From: Alphaproteobacteria bacterium
Lineage (GTDB): Bacteria > Pseudomonadota > Alphaproteobacteria > Rhizobiales > TMED25
Assembly: GCA_045565315.1 (NCBI GenBank)
Contig: JBJLFO010000001.1
Location: forward strand, 749,856 to 813,855
Direction: 5' to 3'
Length of the DNA stretch: 64,000 nt
A program made the translations under genes and the position numbers. Shown one piece after another: positions 21,189-30,337 of this stretch. The notes below the pieces were generated by a model. The model was not told the DNA's origin. It saw nothing but the letters and a program-made list of their open reading frames with translations, and ran no database searches. The first letter of the stretch is position 1. Every line of letters begins with the position of its first letter.

Positions 21189-22004
21189 TCACTTGAAGGA
21201 ATATTTTTCTGATGGATATTTTTTTGTTTTAACTTCCTGAATGTAAGAGGCAATTGCTTCTTGAATTGTGTTTTTACCAGTCATATAATTTTTTGAAAAT
21301 TTTGGAAGTTTGCCAGGTGTTAACCCTAAAATATCATAAAGGACTAAAATTTGAGCATCTACATCTGAGCCAGCACCAATACCAATTATTGGAATATTAA
21401 TTGCTTCAGTAACTTTTTTAGCTGTTAGGGATGAAACGCATTCTAATAATAAAATATCCGCTCCCGAGTCTTCAATTCGAACTGCTTCATCGATAAGATT
21501 TTCTGCTTCACGATTTTCTTTACCTTGAACTTTATAACCACCCATTTTATTTACCGATTGAGGCCTTAGACCAATATGTGCGCATACCGGAATATCCGAC
21601 ATAGCTAGTTTTTCAATAATATTTAATTGTGACTGATTTCCCTCCAGCTTTACCATATGGGCTCCTCCATCTTGCATAAGTCTCTTTGCATTCTCTAGGG
21701 CAATATCTGAATTATAAAAACTCATAAATGGCATATCAGATATTAGAAAGGCACTTTTTATAGAAGATGATACATTTTTTGAGTGGTAGATCATATCTTC
21801 AATTTTTACAGGAACAGTAGTCTTATGACCCTGTATAACCATACCGAGAGAATCTCCAACTAATATAATTTCAATACCTGCCTGATCAAGTTGATATGCA
21901 AACGTAGAGTCATAGGCTGTCAAGCAGGCAATCTTCTCTCCTTTTGACTTAAGTTCTTTGATTGTACTCAAAGTTACAGTTTTTTGGTCATTCCCATCAT
22001 ACAT
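21189..22004 (-). CDS. panB: 3-methyl-2-oxobutanoate hydroxymethyltransferase
   Basis: LTAYDSTFA and LVGDSLGMV motifs; upstream of panC. Confidence 0.93.
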   Translation of the reverse strand: MYDGNDQKTVTLSTIKELKSKGEKIACLTAYDSTFAYQLDQAGIEIILVGDSLGMVIQGHKTTVPVKIEDMIYHSKNVSSSIKSAFLISDMPFMSFYNSDIALENAKRLMQDGGAHMVKLEGNQSQLNIIEKLAMSDIPVCAHIGLRPQSVNKMGGYKVQGKENREAENLIDEAVRIEDSGADILLLECVSSLTAKKVTEAINIPIIGIGAGSDVDAQILVLYDILGLTPGKLPKFSKNYMTGKNTIQEAIASYIQEVKTKKYPSEKYSFK

Positions 22005-22013
22005 AATCTAATC

Positions 22014-23231
22014 CTAGTTATTCTTCTGATACTTTTCATTAATATAATTATACAGGATTTCTTTAAACTGACCTGAAATATTTTCTCCTCTAAGCGTCTT
22101 ATATTTCTCACCGTCAACAAATACTGGAGCCGCCGGTTGTTCTCCAGTACCTGGCAAAGAAATACCAATATTTGCATGCTTAGATTCACCCGGACCATTC
22201 ACTATACAACCCATCACCGCAATTTTAAGTGTGTCTATACCAACATAATTCTTTTTCCAAATTGGCATCTCTTGTTCAATGAAATTTTCTATATCAATTG
22301 CAAGCTCCTGAAAAACAGTAGATGTTGTTCTTCCGCATCCAGGGCAAGATGCAACATCAGGCCTATATGATTTTATATTCAGAGCCTGTAATATTTCTTT
22401 TGCTACTTTGACTTCCTCCACACGGTCACCATTTGGTTTAGGAGTGAGAGATACTCTTATAGTATCACCAATATTTTTATTTAATAAAATAGAAATAGCA
22501 GCTGCAGAGGATACAACTCCCTTTATCCCCATACCCGCCTCCGTTAAGCCAAGATGAAGAGCATAATCTGTTTGGCTAGCCAAGTCTTCATATACTTTGA
22601 TCAACTCACTAACATTACTTACTTTTGCTGATAATATAATTTTAGATCTCTCTAGACCAACTTCTGTTGCTCTTTCTGCTGATTTTATTACTGAACTAAC
22701 CAGAGAGTCACGTAGAACTTCAATTGAAGACTTTTTGATTTTCTGCTCATTATTCTTATTCATCATTATAGTGAGTAATTCTTGATCAATACTACCCCAA
22801 TTTGCTCCAATCCTGATTGGTTTATTATTTTTGCAAGCAATTTCAATTATCTCAGAAAATTGTTTATCTTTTTTATTTTTAAAACCAACATTACCTGGGT
22901 TTATTCTGTATTTATCAAGACTTTCTGCGCATGCGGGATAGTCTCTTAATAATTTATGTCCTATATAATGAAAATCTCCTACCAATCCAATTGAGTAATT
23001 TTTTTTCTCTAGAGATTCTCTTATATATGGAACCGCCTCAGCAGCCTCAGGTCTATCAACTGTTATTCTCACAATTTCCGATCCTTCCTCATAAAGATCA
23101 ATAATTTGTGCTACTGTTTTATTTATATCTGCAGTGTCAGTATTTGTCATAGACTGAACTACTATTGGGTTCTCACCACCAATTATAACGTTGCCAACCT
23201 TTACAGCTATGGAATTTCTTTTTGAAAGCAT
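22014..23231 (-). CDS. ispG: 4-hydroxy-3-methylbut-2-en-1-yl diphosphate synthase
   Basis: GcpE family; C-terminal Fe-S ligand contexts SCPGCGRT and [10 protein letters not shown] prefer ATG at 23231 over TTG at 23243. Confidence 0.95.
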   Translation of the reverse strand: MLSKRNSIAVKVGNVIIGGENPIVVQSMTNTDTADINKTVAQIIDLYEEGSEIVRITVDRPEAAEAVPYIRESLEKKNYSIGLVGDFHYIGHKLLRDYPACAESLDKYRINPGNVGFKNKKDKQFSEIIEIACKNNKPIRIGANWGSIDQELLTIMMNKNNEQKIKKSSIEVLRDSLVSSVIKSAERATEVGLERSKIILSAKVSNVSELIKVYEDLASQTDYALHLGLTEAGMGIKGVVSSAAAISILLNKNIGDTIRVSLTPKPNGDRVEEVKVAKEILQALNIKSYRPDVASCPGCGRTTSTVFQELAIDIENFIEQEMPIWKKNYVGIDTLKIAVMGCIVNGPGESKHANIGISLPGTGEQPAAPVFVDGEKYKTLRGENISGQFKEILYNYINEKYQKNN

Positions 23232-23311
23232 TAAAATTACCAAAAAATATAGTTCAATATATAAATATATATGAATAAATGAATAAAAAAAATAAAATAC
23301 CGATAAAAATT

Positions 23312-23329
23312 ATCAATTTCTAAATTGAT
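23312..23329. repeat. 18-bp palindrome atcaattt-ct-aaattgat in the ispG/cbiX divergent intergenic region
   Basis: Read directly from the sequence; significance uncertain in AT-rich DNA. Confidence 0.2.
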
Positions 23330-23487
23330 TGATGGATATTTTTTCATTTTCTTTTAATATAAAATTATTGAGTATTACTTCGTTGTAATTAACACTCTAA
23401 TAACTGACCCAAATCGGGAGTTAAATTGAGACCTTTCATTGAATAGTTCTTTTATTTCCTCCATGAATAAATATAAGCAGGTAAAAA

Positions 23488-24507
23488 ATGTTATCTAAAA
23501 TTAAACTAAAGAAACTGGAAGACTATTTTTCTAAAGCGCCCGCAAGAAGAGGTATAATGCTGTGTGGTCATGGAAGTAGAAGTGAGGCTGCAGTCCATCA
23601 ATTTGCTGGGCTCGTTGATAAATTAAAAATGATTTTACCTCAAATACCTATTGAGTACGGATATCTTGAGTTTGCAAAGCCTATAATTAATGAAGGATTA
23701 GAAAAACTTAGAACAGAGGGTGTACGAGAAATAATTGCGATACCAGCGATGTTATTCGCTGCAGGCCACGCTAAAAATGATATACCATCAGTTCTTAATA
23801 GATACGTTGCCGATAATCCTGATATGAAGATTCAATATAGTAAAGAATTGGGTATTGATAATCTTATGATAAGGGCTGCAGCTGATAGGGTAACTGAGGC
23901 TATAGGTAGTTCAGATAATTTAATAGATAAGCATGATACTCTACTTTTGGTAGTTGGAAGGGGGGCCTCTGATCCAGATGCAAACTCTAATGTGACGAAA
24001 GTTACGAGATTGTTATGGGAAGGGATAGGTTTTGGCTGGGCGGAGACAGCATATTCAGGTGTAACATTTCCTCTTGTGGAGCCAGCATTAGAGAAGCTGA
24101 TTAATGTGGGTTATAAAAGGATAATTATTTTCCCATATTTCTTATTTACAGGAATCTTGATTGATAGAATTTATCAATCAGTTGATTTAATTTCTTCAAA
24201 ATATAGAGAAATTGAGTTTATCAAAGCACCTTATTTAAATGACCATCCTCTGGTAATTGAAACTTTTTGTGAGAGAATACTAAATGTAATTGATGGCGAA
24301 ATAAATATGAACTGTCAACTCTGCAAGTATAGAGAACAGGTGCTGGGTTTTGAGGATGAAGTTGGGCTAGCCCAGGAAAGCCATCATCATCATGTTGAGG
24401 GGGGGGCTCATAATCATCATAACCACAAACATGATCATGATCACACACACCATCACCCATATCCACATAGTGAGCATCCTTTAGGTCCTGTAACACTAAA
24501 GAAGTGA
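23488..24507 (+). CDS. cbiX: Sirohydrochlorin cobaltochelatase, long-form CbiX with MxCxxC motif and His-rich C-terminal tail
   Basis: Two CbiX-type half-domains (LCGHGSRS..., LLVVGRGASDPDAN...). MNCQLC motif at 24307..24324. Then 16 His in 32 residues at 24382..24477. First gene of the corrin cluster. Confidence 0.8.
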   Translation: MLSKIKLKKLEDYFSKAPARRGIMLCGHGSRSEAAVHQFAGLVDKLKMILPQIPIEYGYLEFAKPIINEGLEKLRTEGVREIIAIPAMLFAAGHAKNDIPSVLNRYVADNPDMKIQYSKELGIDNLMIRAAADRVTEAIGSSDNLIDKHDTLLLVVGRGASDPDANSNVTKVTRLLWEGIGFGWAETAYSGVTFPLVEPALEKLINVGYKRIIIFPYFLFTGILIDRIYQSVDLISSKYREIEFIKAPYLNDHPLVIETFCERILNVIDGEINMNCQLCKYREQVLGFEDEVGLAQESHHHHVEGGAHNHHNHKHDHDHTHHHPYPHSEHPLGPVTLKK

Positions 24508-24519
24508 TCATTAAGAGTT

Positions 24520-25155
24520 ATGCAAAATTATATCAAAGATCCAAATAAAATATATAAAAAATCCTTTGATATTATCTCATCTGAGGTAAACCTTGAAGCG
24601 TTTGATGATTATCACCAAAAATTGATTACTAGAGTTATTCATTCGTGTGGAGACACGTCAGTTATGGATGATTTATTTATATCAAAATATGCAATTTCTG
24701 AAGGCCTTAAATCTATTCGTTCAGATTGTAAAATCCTAACGGATAGTGAAATGGTTAGGGCTGGAATTATGAAAAAAAACCTACCAAGGAATAAAGTTGA
24801 ATGTTTTTTGAACAACAAAGATGTCCAAAGAATTGCTAGCATGTATAATACTACTCGCTCCGCAGCAGCGGTTAATTTATGGAAGAATTATATAAAGAAT
24901 TCTATTATCATTATTGGAAATGCTCCTACTGCTCTTTTTAGGCTCATTGAAATAATTAAAGAAAATAATTTTATTCCAAGTTTGATTATTGCCATGCCCC
25001 TAGGTTTTGTTGGTGCAGTTGAATCAAAAGAGGAACTGATCGATTTACATAATTCCTTAAATTTGAATATCATCACGATCCGTGGGAGAAGAGGAGGTAG
25101 TGCAATGGCTTGTGCGGCAATGAATGCGATTGGATTAATATATAATAATGAGTGA
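24520..25155 (+). CDS. cbiC: (Cobalt-)precorrin-8 methylmutase
   Basis: CbiC/CobH-like VIHSCGD and IIGNAPTALF motifs; 211 aa. Confidence 0.9.
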   Translation: MQNYIKDPNKIYKKSFDIISSEVNLEAFDDYHQKLITRVIHSCGDTSVMDDLFISKYAISEGLKSIRSDCKILTDSEMVRAGIMKKNLPRNKVECFLNNKDVQRIASMYNTTRSAAAVNLWKNYIKNSIIIIGNAPTALFRLIEIIKENNFIPSLIIAMPLGFVGAVESKEELIDLHNSLNLNIITIRGRRGGSAMACAAMNAIGLIYNNE

Positions 25156-26362
25156 AAAGATTAAATTAATCGGGATCGGTGATGATGGATTTGAGGGTCT
25201 CTCCAAAAAGGTTCAATCAATTATATTAGATGCTGAGATTATTATTGGTGGTTTACGACATCTGTCCATGCTTCCTGAGGTAGTAGCAAAAAAAATATCT
25301 TGGTCAAAAGATTTAAAGCAAGATATTAAAAAAATTAATGAATATAAATCGAAAAAAATATGCATTCTCGCAAGTGGAGACCCATTATTTTATGGTATTG
25401 GTAGATTATTATTAGAGCACTATTCAATCTCAGAAGTCGAAGTTATTCCTAGTCCGTCAAGTTTGTCTCTGTGTTGTGCAAGAATTGGATATAATATAAA
25501 AGATATTGAAGTCGTCTCTCTGCATGGTAGGGAATTTGATGATATTATTAAATACATTCAGCCAAATAATCGAATATTTGTTTTATCTCATGATAAAAGC
25601 ACCCCAAGTAGGATCATCGAGTTACTAAATACACTCAGATTTGAGGATAGCAATCTTTATATTTTCGAAAACATAGGTGGTGAGAATGAAACTATTACAA
25701 AGAAGAGAGTAAATGAACCTGTTAATGAAAAATTTTCGGATCTAAATTCTATTCTTATAGAGTGTATCTCCAATAAAGATTCAATTTATTATCCAAATTT
25801 TACTGGCATTGCTGATAAAGAATTCGAAAATGATGGACAAATTACTAAAAGTGAAATCAGGGCAATAACAATTTCTCAATTAGAGCCAATGGAAAAGTCA
25901 ATACTATGGGATATTGGAGGTGGATCAGGTTCAATTTCTATTGAATGGTCAAAAATTCATAAAAATACTACCATAAGCATTGTTGAAAAGAATAAAAAAC
26001 GTATTCAATTTATTAAAAATAATATTAAAAAATTTGGCATCAATAATATAACTATTATGGAAAATATAGCTCCGAAAATTTTGTATGATATGGATAGACC
26101 AAATAGGATTTTTATTGGAGGTGGTCTCTCAAATTTAGATGGCATGGAGATAATCCAAAAGTCAATAAATAGTCTGCTTCCATCTGGTATATTGGTTGCA
26201 AATGGAGTAACGACTGAAACTGAATTACTACTTTTCAATATTTATAAAAAATATGGAGGAGATTTATCAAAATACTCAACATCGAGTATAAAAAAAGTCG
26301 GGAACCTCCATGCGTGGGATCAAAAAATGCAAGTTACGCAGTGGAAGTATATAAAGAAATAG
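25148..26362 (+). CDS. cbiET: Fused CbiE-CbiT (CobL-type) (cobalt-)precorrin-6B C5,C15-methyltransferase/decarboxylase
   Basis: The N-terminal half is tetrapyrrole-methylase-like (LIGIGDDG, ILASGDPLFYG). The C-terminal half is a class I SAM methyltransferase (LWDIGGGSGSISIEW). Confidence 0.85.
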   Translation: MSEKIKLIGIGDDGFEGLSKKVQSIILDAEIIIGGLRHLSMLPEVVAKKISWSKDLKQDIKKINEYKSKKICILASGDPLFYGIGRLLLEHYSISEVEVIPSPSSLSLCCARIGYNIKDIEVVSLHGREFDDIIKYIQPNNRIFVLSHDKSTPSRIIELLNTLRFEDSNLYIFENIGGENETITKKRVNEPVNEKFSDLNSILIECISNKDSIYYPNFTGIADKEFENDGQITKSEIRAITISQLEPMEKSILWDIGGGSGSISIEWSKIHKNTTISIVEKNKKRIQFIKNNIKKFGINNITIMENIAPKILYDMDRPNRIFIGGGLSNLDGMEIIQKSINSLLPSGILVANGVTTETELLLFNIYKKYGGDLSKYSTSSIKKVGNLHAWDQKMQVTQWKYIKK

Positions 26363-26363
26363 T

Positions 26364-27056
26364 ATGGTTGGAAAAGTTTATGGAATAGGAGTTGGACCCG
26401 GGGATCCAAAGCTACTTACTGTTAGAGCTGCTGAGGTTATAGGGAGTCTAGATATACTTTTTTACCCAAGTTTTGGCAAGATTAATATGGCTCTTAATAT
26501 TGCAAAACCATATTTAAATAATAGAACCAAAAAAATAGAAATGAAGGTACCTCTCTCGCCACCAAAAGATAAATTTAAGGCTTATTATGAGTACTCTGGT
26601 AAAATAATGAGTTATTTAAATGAAGATAAAGATGTTGGAGTTTTATGTGAAGGCGATCCACTTTTTTTTGGATCATTCATAAATATTTGGCACAATATAC
26701 GAGATGAATTTAAAGTTGAAATAATACCAGGAATTTCATCAGTTATGTCAGCATTTAGTCAAATAGATGAATATATGGCAATAGGAGATGACTCTGTAAG
26801 TATAATAACAGCCAATGTGATTAATAAAGTTATTAAGGAAAAGATAAATTCATCAAATACAACAATTATAATTAAAATTGGAAATAAGTTTCAAAAAATA
26901 AATAAATTGATAGCTACAATGGGTTTATCAGATCATTCTATATTCCTGTCAAATATTTATAGTGAGCGACAATTTATTAGCAAGCTAAGCAAGATTAAAA
27001 ATAATCCTACGGATTATTTTTCAATAATAATAATAAAGAATAACAATGTTCATTAG
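26364..27056 (+). CDS. cbiL: (Cobalt-)precorrin-2 C20-methyltransferase
   Basis: YGIGVGPGDPKLLTVRA and CEGDPLFFGS tetrapyrrole-methylase motifs; 230 aa. Confidence 0.85.
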   Translation: MVGKVYGIGVGPGDPKLLTVRAAEVIGSLDILFYPSFGKINMALNIAKPYLNNRTKKIEMKVPLSPPKDKFKAYYEYSGKIMSYLNEDKDVGVLCEGDPLFFGSFINIWHNIRDEFKVEIIPGISSVMSAFSQIDEYMAIGDDSVSIITANVINKVIKEKINSSNTTIIIKIGNKFQKINKLIATMGLSDHSIFLSNIYSERQFISKLSKIKNNPTDYFSIIIIKNNNVH

Positions 27057-28844
27057 ATGAAATCTACACGTACAGTCATAATTATACTATCTGAAGCAAA
27101 TATTAAATTAGCACAGTCTATATCTGATAAGATAATAGGGAGTGAGATACACTCAATGAATATGAAATCAGATCAAATAAATTCTACATTTTCTAGTCTT
27201 TCAAAGCATTTAAGATCCTTACAAAAAGAAAAATGTCATATAATTGCAATATGCTCGATTGGAATTATCATAAGGTCACTAGATAGTAATTTTTTGCCAA
27301 AGAAAGATGGTTATCCAATAGTTGCCCTATCACCAGATGGAAAGTACGCTATCCCATTATTAGAGTCTCATTCTGGAGGGAATAAACTTGCTTTAGAGTT
27401 AGCTAATATTGTTAACTGCAAAGCGGTAATCACAACTTTAAGTGATGCAAAGCTAGAGATAGCATTAGATGATCCACCAAAAGGATATATTTTAAATCCA
27501 AAGTGCAATTATAAAGGCTTTATTTCAAGGTTATTAAAAGAAGGGTCTGTTAATAAATTACCTAGGCTCTCATGGCTACGTAAATCAAAAATAGAATTAT
27601 CAGATAAATCTGAATTAAAAATTGAAAGCTCAATCTATGTAGAGTCATTTAATAAAGATACAACACTTTTATACCATCCTCAAAAATTAGTGATTGGCGT
27701 GGGCTCAATTTCAGGAGCTAGAACCAATGTATTATACAAATTTATTATGCAAATATTACAAGACAATAATTTATCTATTCATTCTATTAGTGCCATTGCA
27801 ACAATAGATATAAAAAGAAACGAGATAGCTATAAAACAACTTGGTAAAAAACTTAAAAAACCAATATTATATTATAGTAGCACAGAATTAGAGAGTGTAT
27901 CGCATCAACTTCTATCACCATCGGAATATGTATATGATACAGTTGGATCTCATGGAGTTGCAGAACCTGCAGCTTTATTAGCCGCAGGAGAAGGATCAAA
28001 AATCATTGTTGCGAAACAAAAAATCTCAGAGGCAACCTGTTCTATTGTCTGTAGCCGAAGAATAAAAGATTTTTCATTAATTGAAGAGGGGGTTTTATCA
28101 ATCATAGGCCTTGGACCAGGTGATGAGAATTGGAGAACGCATGAAGTGGAAAATATAATAAAAAAGTCTACTCACTTAGTTGGATTTTCTGGTTATTTAA
28201 ATCAAATTAGAAAAACAAAAAATAAAAAATTTTTTCCATATGAAATAGGGCAAGAAGAAGATAGGGCAAAAAAAGCAATGGAACTCGCAAGTCAAGGAAA
28301 GAGCGTTGCTCTAGTTTGCTCTGGAGATCCTGGTATATATGCAATGGGTTCAGTGGTTTTTGAACTGATTGATAAAGGAGGGAAAAAATATAAAGATATA
28401 AATATTAATATAACTCCTAGTATTTCAGCTTTTCAAGCTGCATCTGCGAGGGTTGGAGCCCCATTTGGTAATGATTTCTGTATAATTTCATTATCAAATT
28501 TATTAACACCAGAGGAGGTAATAATGAATAGGTTATATTCAGCTTTAACAGCAGATTTTGTTATTGGTATTTATAATCCATCATCTCGCAAAAGAAAAAA
28601 ATTCTTTTTAGTAGCATTAGAAAAAATCAAAAAAAATAGATCTGGCGATACACCCATTGTAATTGCAAGAGATATTGGAAGGAAAAAAGAGAAAATTAGA
28701 TGTATAAAATTAAGAGATATTGACCCAAATGAAATTGATATGTTTACAATGCTAATCATTGGATCTCGTTCAACTAAGGAATATGAAGCAGCTGATTTGT
28801 CAAAAAGAGTATATACACCTCGAGGATATAACCTTGACTCATAA
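27057..28844 (+). CDS. cbiGH: Fusion protein: CbiG (cobalt-precorrin-5A hydrolase) N-terminal domain and CbiH/CobJ (precorrin-3B C17-methyltransferase) C-terminal domain
   Basis: Residues 1 to about 335 are CbiG-like (VIGVGSISGA..., HGVAEPAALLAAG). Residues from about 340 to 595 are tetrapyrrole methylase (LSIIGLGPGDENW, VCSGDPGIYAMGS). Confidence 0.85.
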   Translation: MKSTRTVIIILSEANIKLAQSISDKIIGSEIHSMNMKSDQINSTFSSLSKHLRSLQKEKCHIIAICSIGIIIRSLDSNFLPKKDGYPIVALSPDGKYAIPLLESHSGGNKLALELANIVNCKAVITTLSDAKLEIALDDPPKGYILNPKCNYKGFISRLLKEGSVNKLPRLSWLRKSKIELSDKSELKIESSIYVESFNKDTTLLYHPQKLVIGVGSISGARTNVLYKFIMQILQDNNLSIHSISAIATIDIKRNEIAIKQLGKKLKKPILYYSSTELESVSHQLLSPSEYVYDTVGSHGVAEPAALLAAGEGSKIIVAKQKISEATCSIVCSRRIKDFSLIEEGVLSIIGLGPGDENWRTHEVENIIKKSTHLVGFSGYLNQIRKTKNKKFFPYEIGQEEDRAKKAMELASQGKSVALVCSGDPGIYAMGSVVFELIDKGGKKYKDININITPSISAFQAASARVGAPFGNDFCIISLSNLLTPEEVIMNRLYSALTADFVIGIYNPSSRKRKKFFLVALEKIKKNRSGDTPIVIARDIGRKKEKIRCIKLRDIDPNEIDMFTMLIIGSRSTKEYEAADLSKRVYTPRGYNLDS

Positions 28845-28856
28845 GGGAATTTTTCC

Positions 28857-29612
28857 ATGAAAGTTTATTTTATTGGTGCGGGTCCTGGTGACCCTGAGTT
28901 ATTAACTTTAAAAGCACATAGGATAATAAGTAATATAGAACTTTGCCTATATGCTGGCTCTCTTGTTCCTGTAGAGATATTATCATTTGTTCCCAAAGGG
29001 GCAACTGTAGTGGATACCGCAAACCTAAATTTAAAAGAAATTGAAAGTTATTATATAAATGCTAAACAAGAAAATAAAGATGTAGCGAGGATACATTCAG
29101 GAGATGTAAGCGTTTACGGAGCACTTTCTGAGCAAATAGATATTTTGGATAAGCTAAATATTGAATATGAAATCATAGCAGGTATTCCAGCATATGTTCA
29201 AGCTGCAGCTATTCTTAATACGGAACTAACGATACCTGGTAAGGTTCAAAGTGTTATTTTGACAAGAACATCATTTAGTTCAACGCCCATGCCGGAAGGA
29301 GAAGATTTAGTAAATCTTGCAAAGACAGGATCCACGCTAGTAATTCATCTTTCAATAAGAAGAATGAAACATATCGCAAGAGAGTTATCTCCTATTATTG
29401 GTAATGATGCAATCGTTGCTGTTTTATATAGAATTGGTTGGTCAGATCAATTGGTCATAATAGACCGATTAGATAATATTGCAAAAAAGGTTAGGGAAAA
29501 TAAAATAACAAGGACGGCTTTAATTATTACTGGGAAAAATTTTAAAAAGAAATCAGAAATGAACTCTGTTTTATATGACTCTCATCATAATCATTTATTC
29601 CGACCTAAGTAA
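28857..29612 (+). CDS. cbiF: (Cobalt-)precorrin-4 C11-methyltransferase
   Basis: VYFIGAGPGDPELLTLKA and HSGDVSVYGA motifs; 251 aa. Confidence 0.9.
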   Translation: MKVYFIGAGPGDPELLTLKAHRIISNIELCLYAGSLVPVEILSFVPKGATVVDTANLNLKEIESYYINAKQENKDVARIHSGDVSVYGALSEQIDILDKLNIEYEIIAGIPAYVQAAAILNTELTIPGKVQSVILTRTSFSSTPMPEGEDLVNLAKTGSTLVIHLSIRRMKHIARELSPIIGNDAIVAVLYRIGWSDQLVIIDRLDNIAKKVRENKITRTALIITGKNFKKKSEMNSVLYDSHHNHLFRPK

Positions 29613-30337
29613 GAAAGTGTATCTTTCATCAGCACATCAATTTGAGAAGATTTTCTTGGAGTGTTCTCATTTCTATCTATCATAATTATTTCAATTCCGA
29701 GAATTCTAGCTGCTTCCACTTTGGCATAAGTTTCAATACTACCGCTATTTCTTGAGACTAAATGAGTAATTTTATTTTCTCGAAGAAGTATTAATTCTTG
29801 TGAGACATGGAACGGACCTCTCCCAGTAATATATTTTCTATTTCCCTGCGGTTGTGCAATATATGGGTCTATTGTTCTTATCATCAGCCATTGTTTGCAA
29901 TCAGAGAACAATGGTATATACTTTTTTCCTATTGTCAGGAATAAACGAGATTCGCGAGGTAGTGTCTCTACTATAGCTCTTGTATTATTAAAGCTATTTG
30001 TATGTACCCACTGATCGAAGTACTTTTTCTGCCATTCAGGTCTATGCAGAATGAATAGTTTAATTTTCAATTCTCTCGCGGCAAGTTTAACGTTATTTGA
30101 AATTTGGGTTGAGTATGGGTGCGAAGCATCAATTATAATATTTATACAGTTGTTATTTAAATAGTTTTTTAACCCATCTATTCCTCCAAATCCACCTGAC
30201 CTTGTAACATAATTAACTTGTCGTGGTTGGAGGGTATTACCCTGGAGCGATAATACTGACGAATAATTATTTTCATTTAAAGAAGAGGCTATCTTGAATC
30301 CCTCTGCTGTTCCTCCTATTATTAGTATCTTATGCAT
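29591..30337 (-). CDS. cbiJ: (Cobalt-)precorrin-6A reductase
   Basis: CobK/CbiJ-like: ILIIGGTAEG N-terminus, about 250 aa, downstream of cbiD with an 8-nt overlap. Confidence 0.85.
   Translation of the reverse strand: MHKILIIGGTAEGFKIASSLNENNYSSVLSLQGNTLQPRQVNYVTRSGGFGGIDGLKNYLNNNCINIIIDASHPYSTQISNNVKLAARELKIKLFILHRPEWQKKYFDQWVHTNSFNNTRAIVETLPRESRLFLTIGKKYIPLFSDCKQWLMIRTIDPYIAQPQGNRKYITGRGPFHVSQELILLRENKITHLVSRNSGSIETYAKVEAARILGIEIIMIDRNENTPRKSSQIDVLMKDTLSYLGRNK

Noticed and set aside
23244-23487. Possible cobalamin riboswitch (GGGAG...GAGACC fragments around 23416-23433)
   Set aside because: Only short partial matches to the B12-box region are present. The conserved core elements I know are absent on both strands. 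This is kept as a check-by-Infernal item only.
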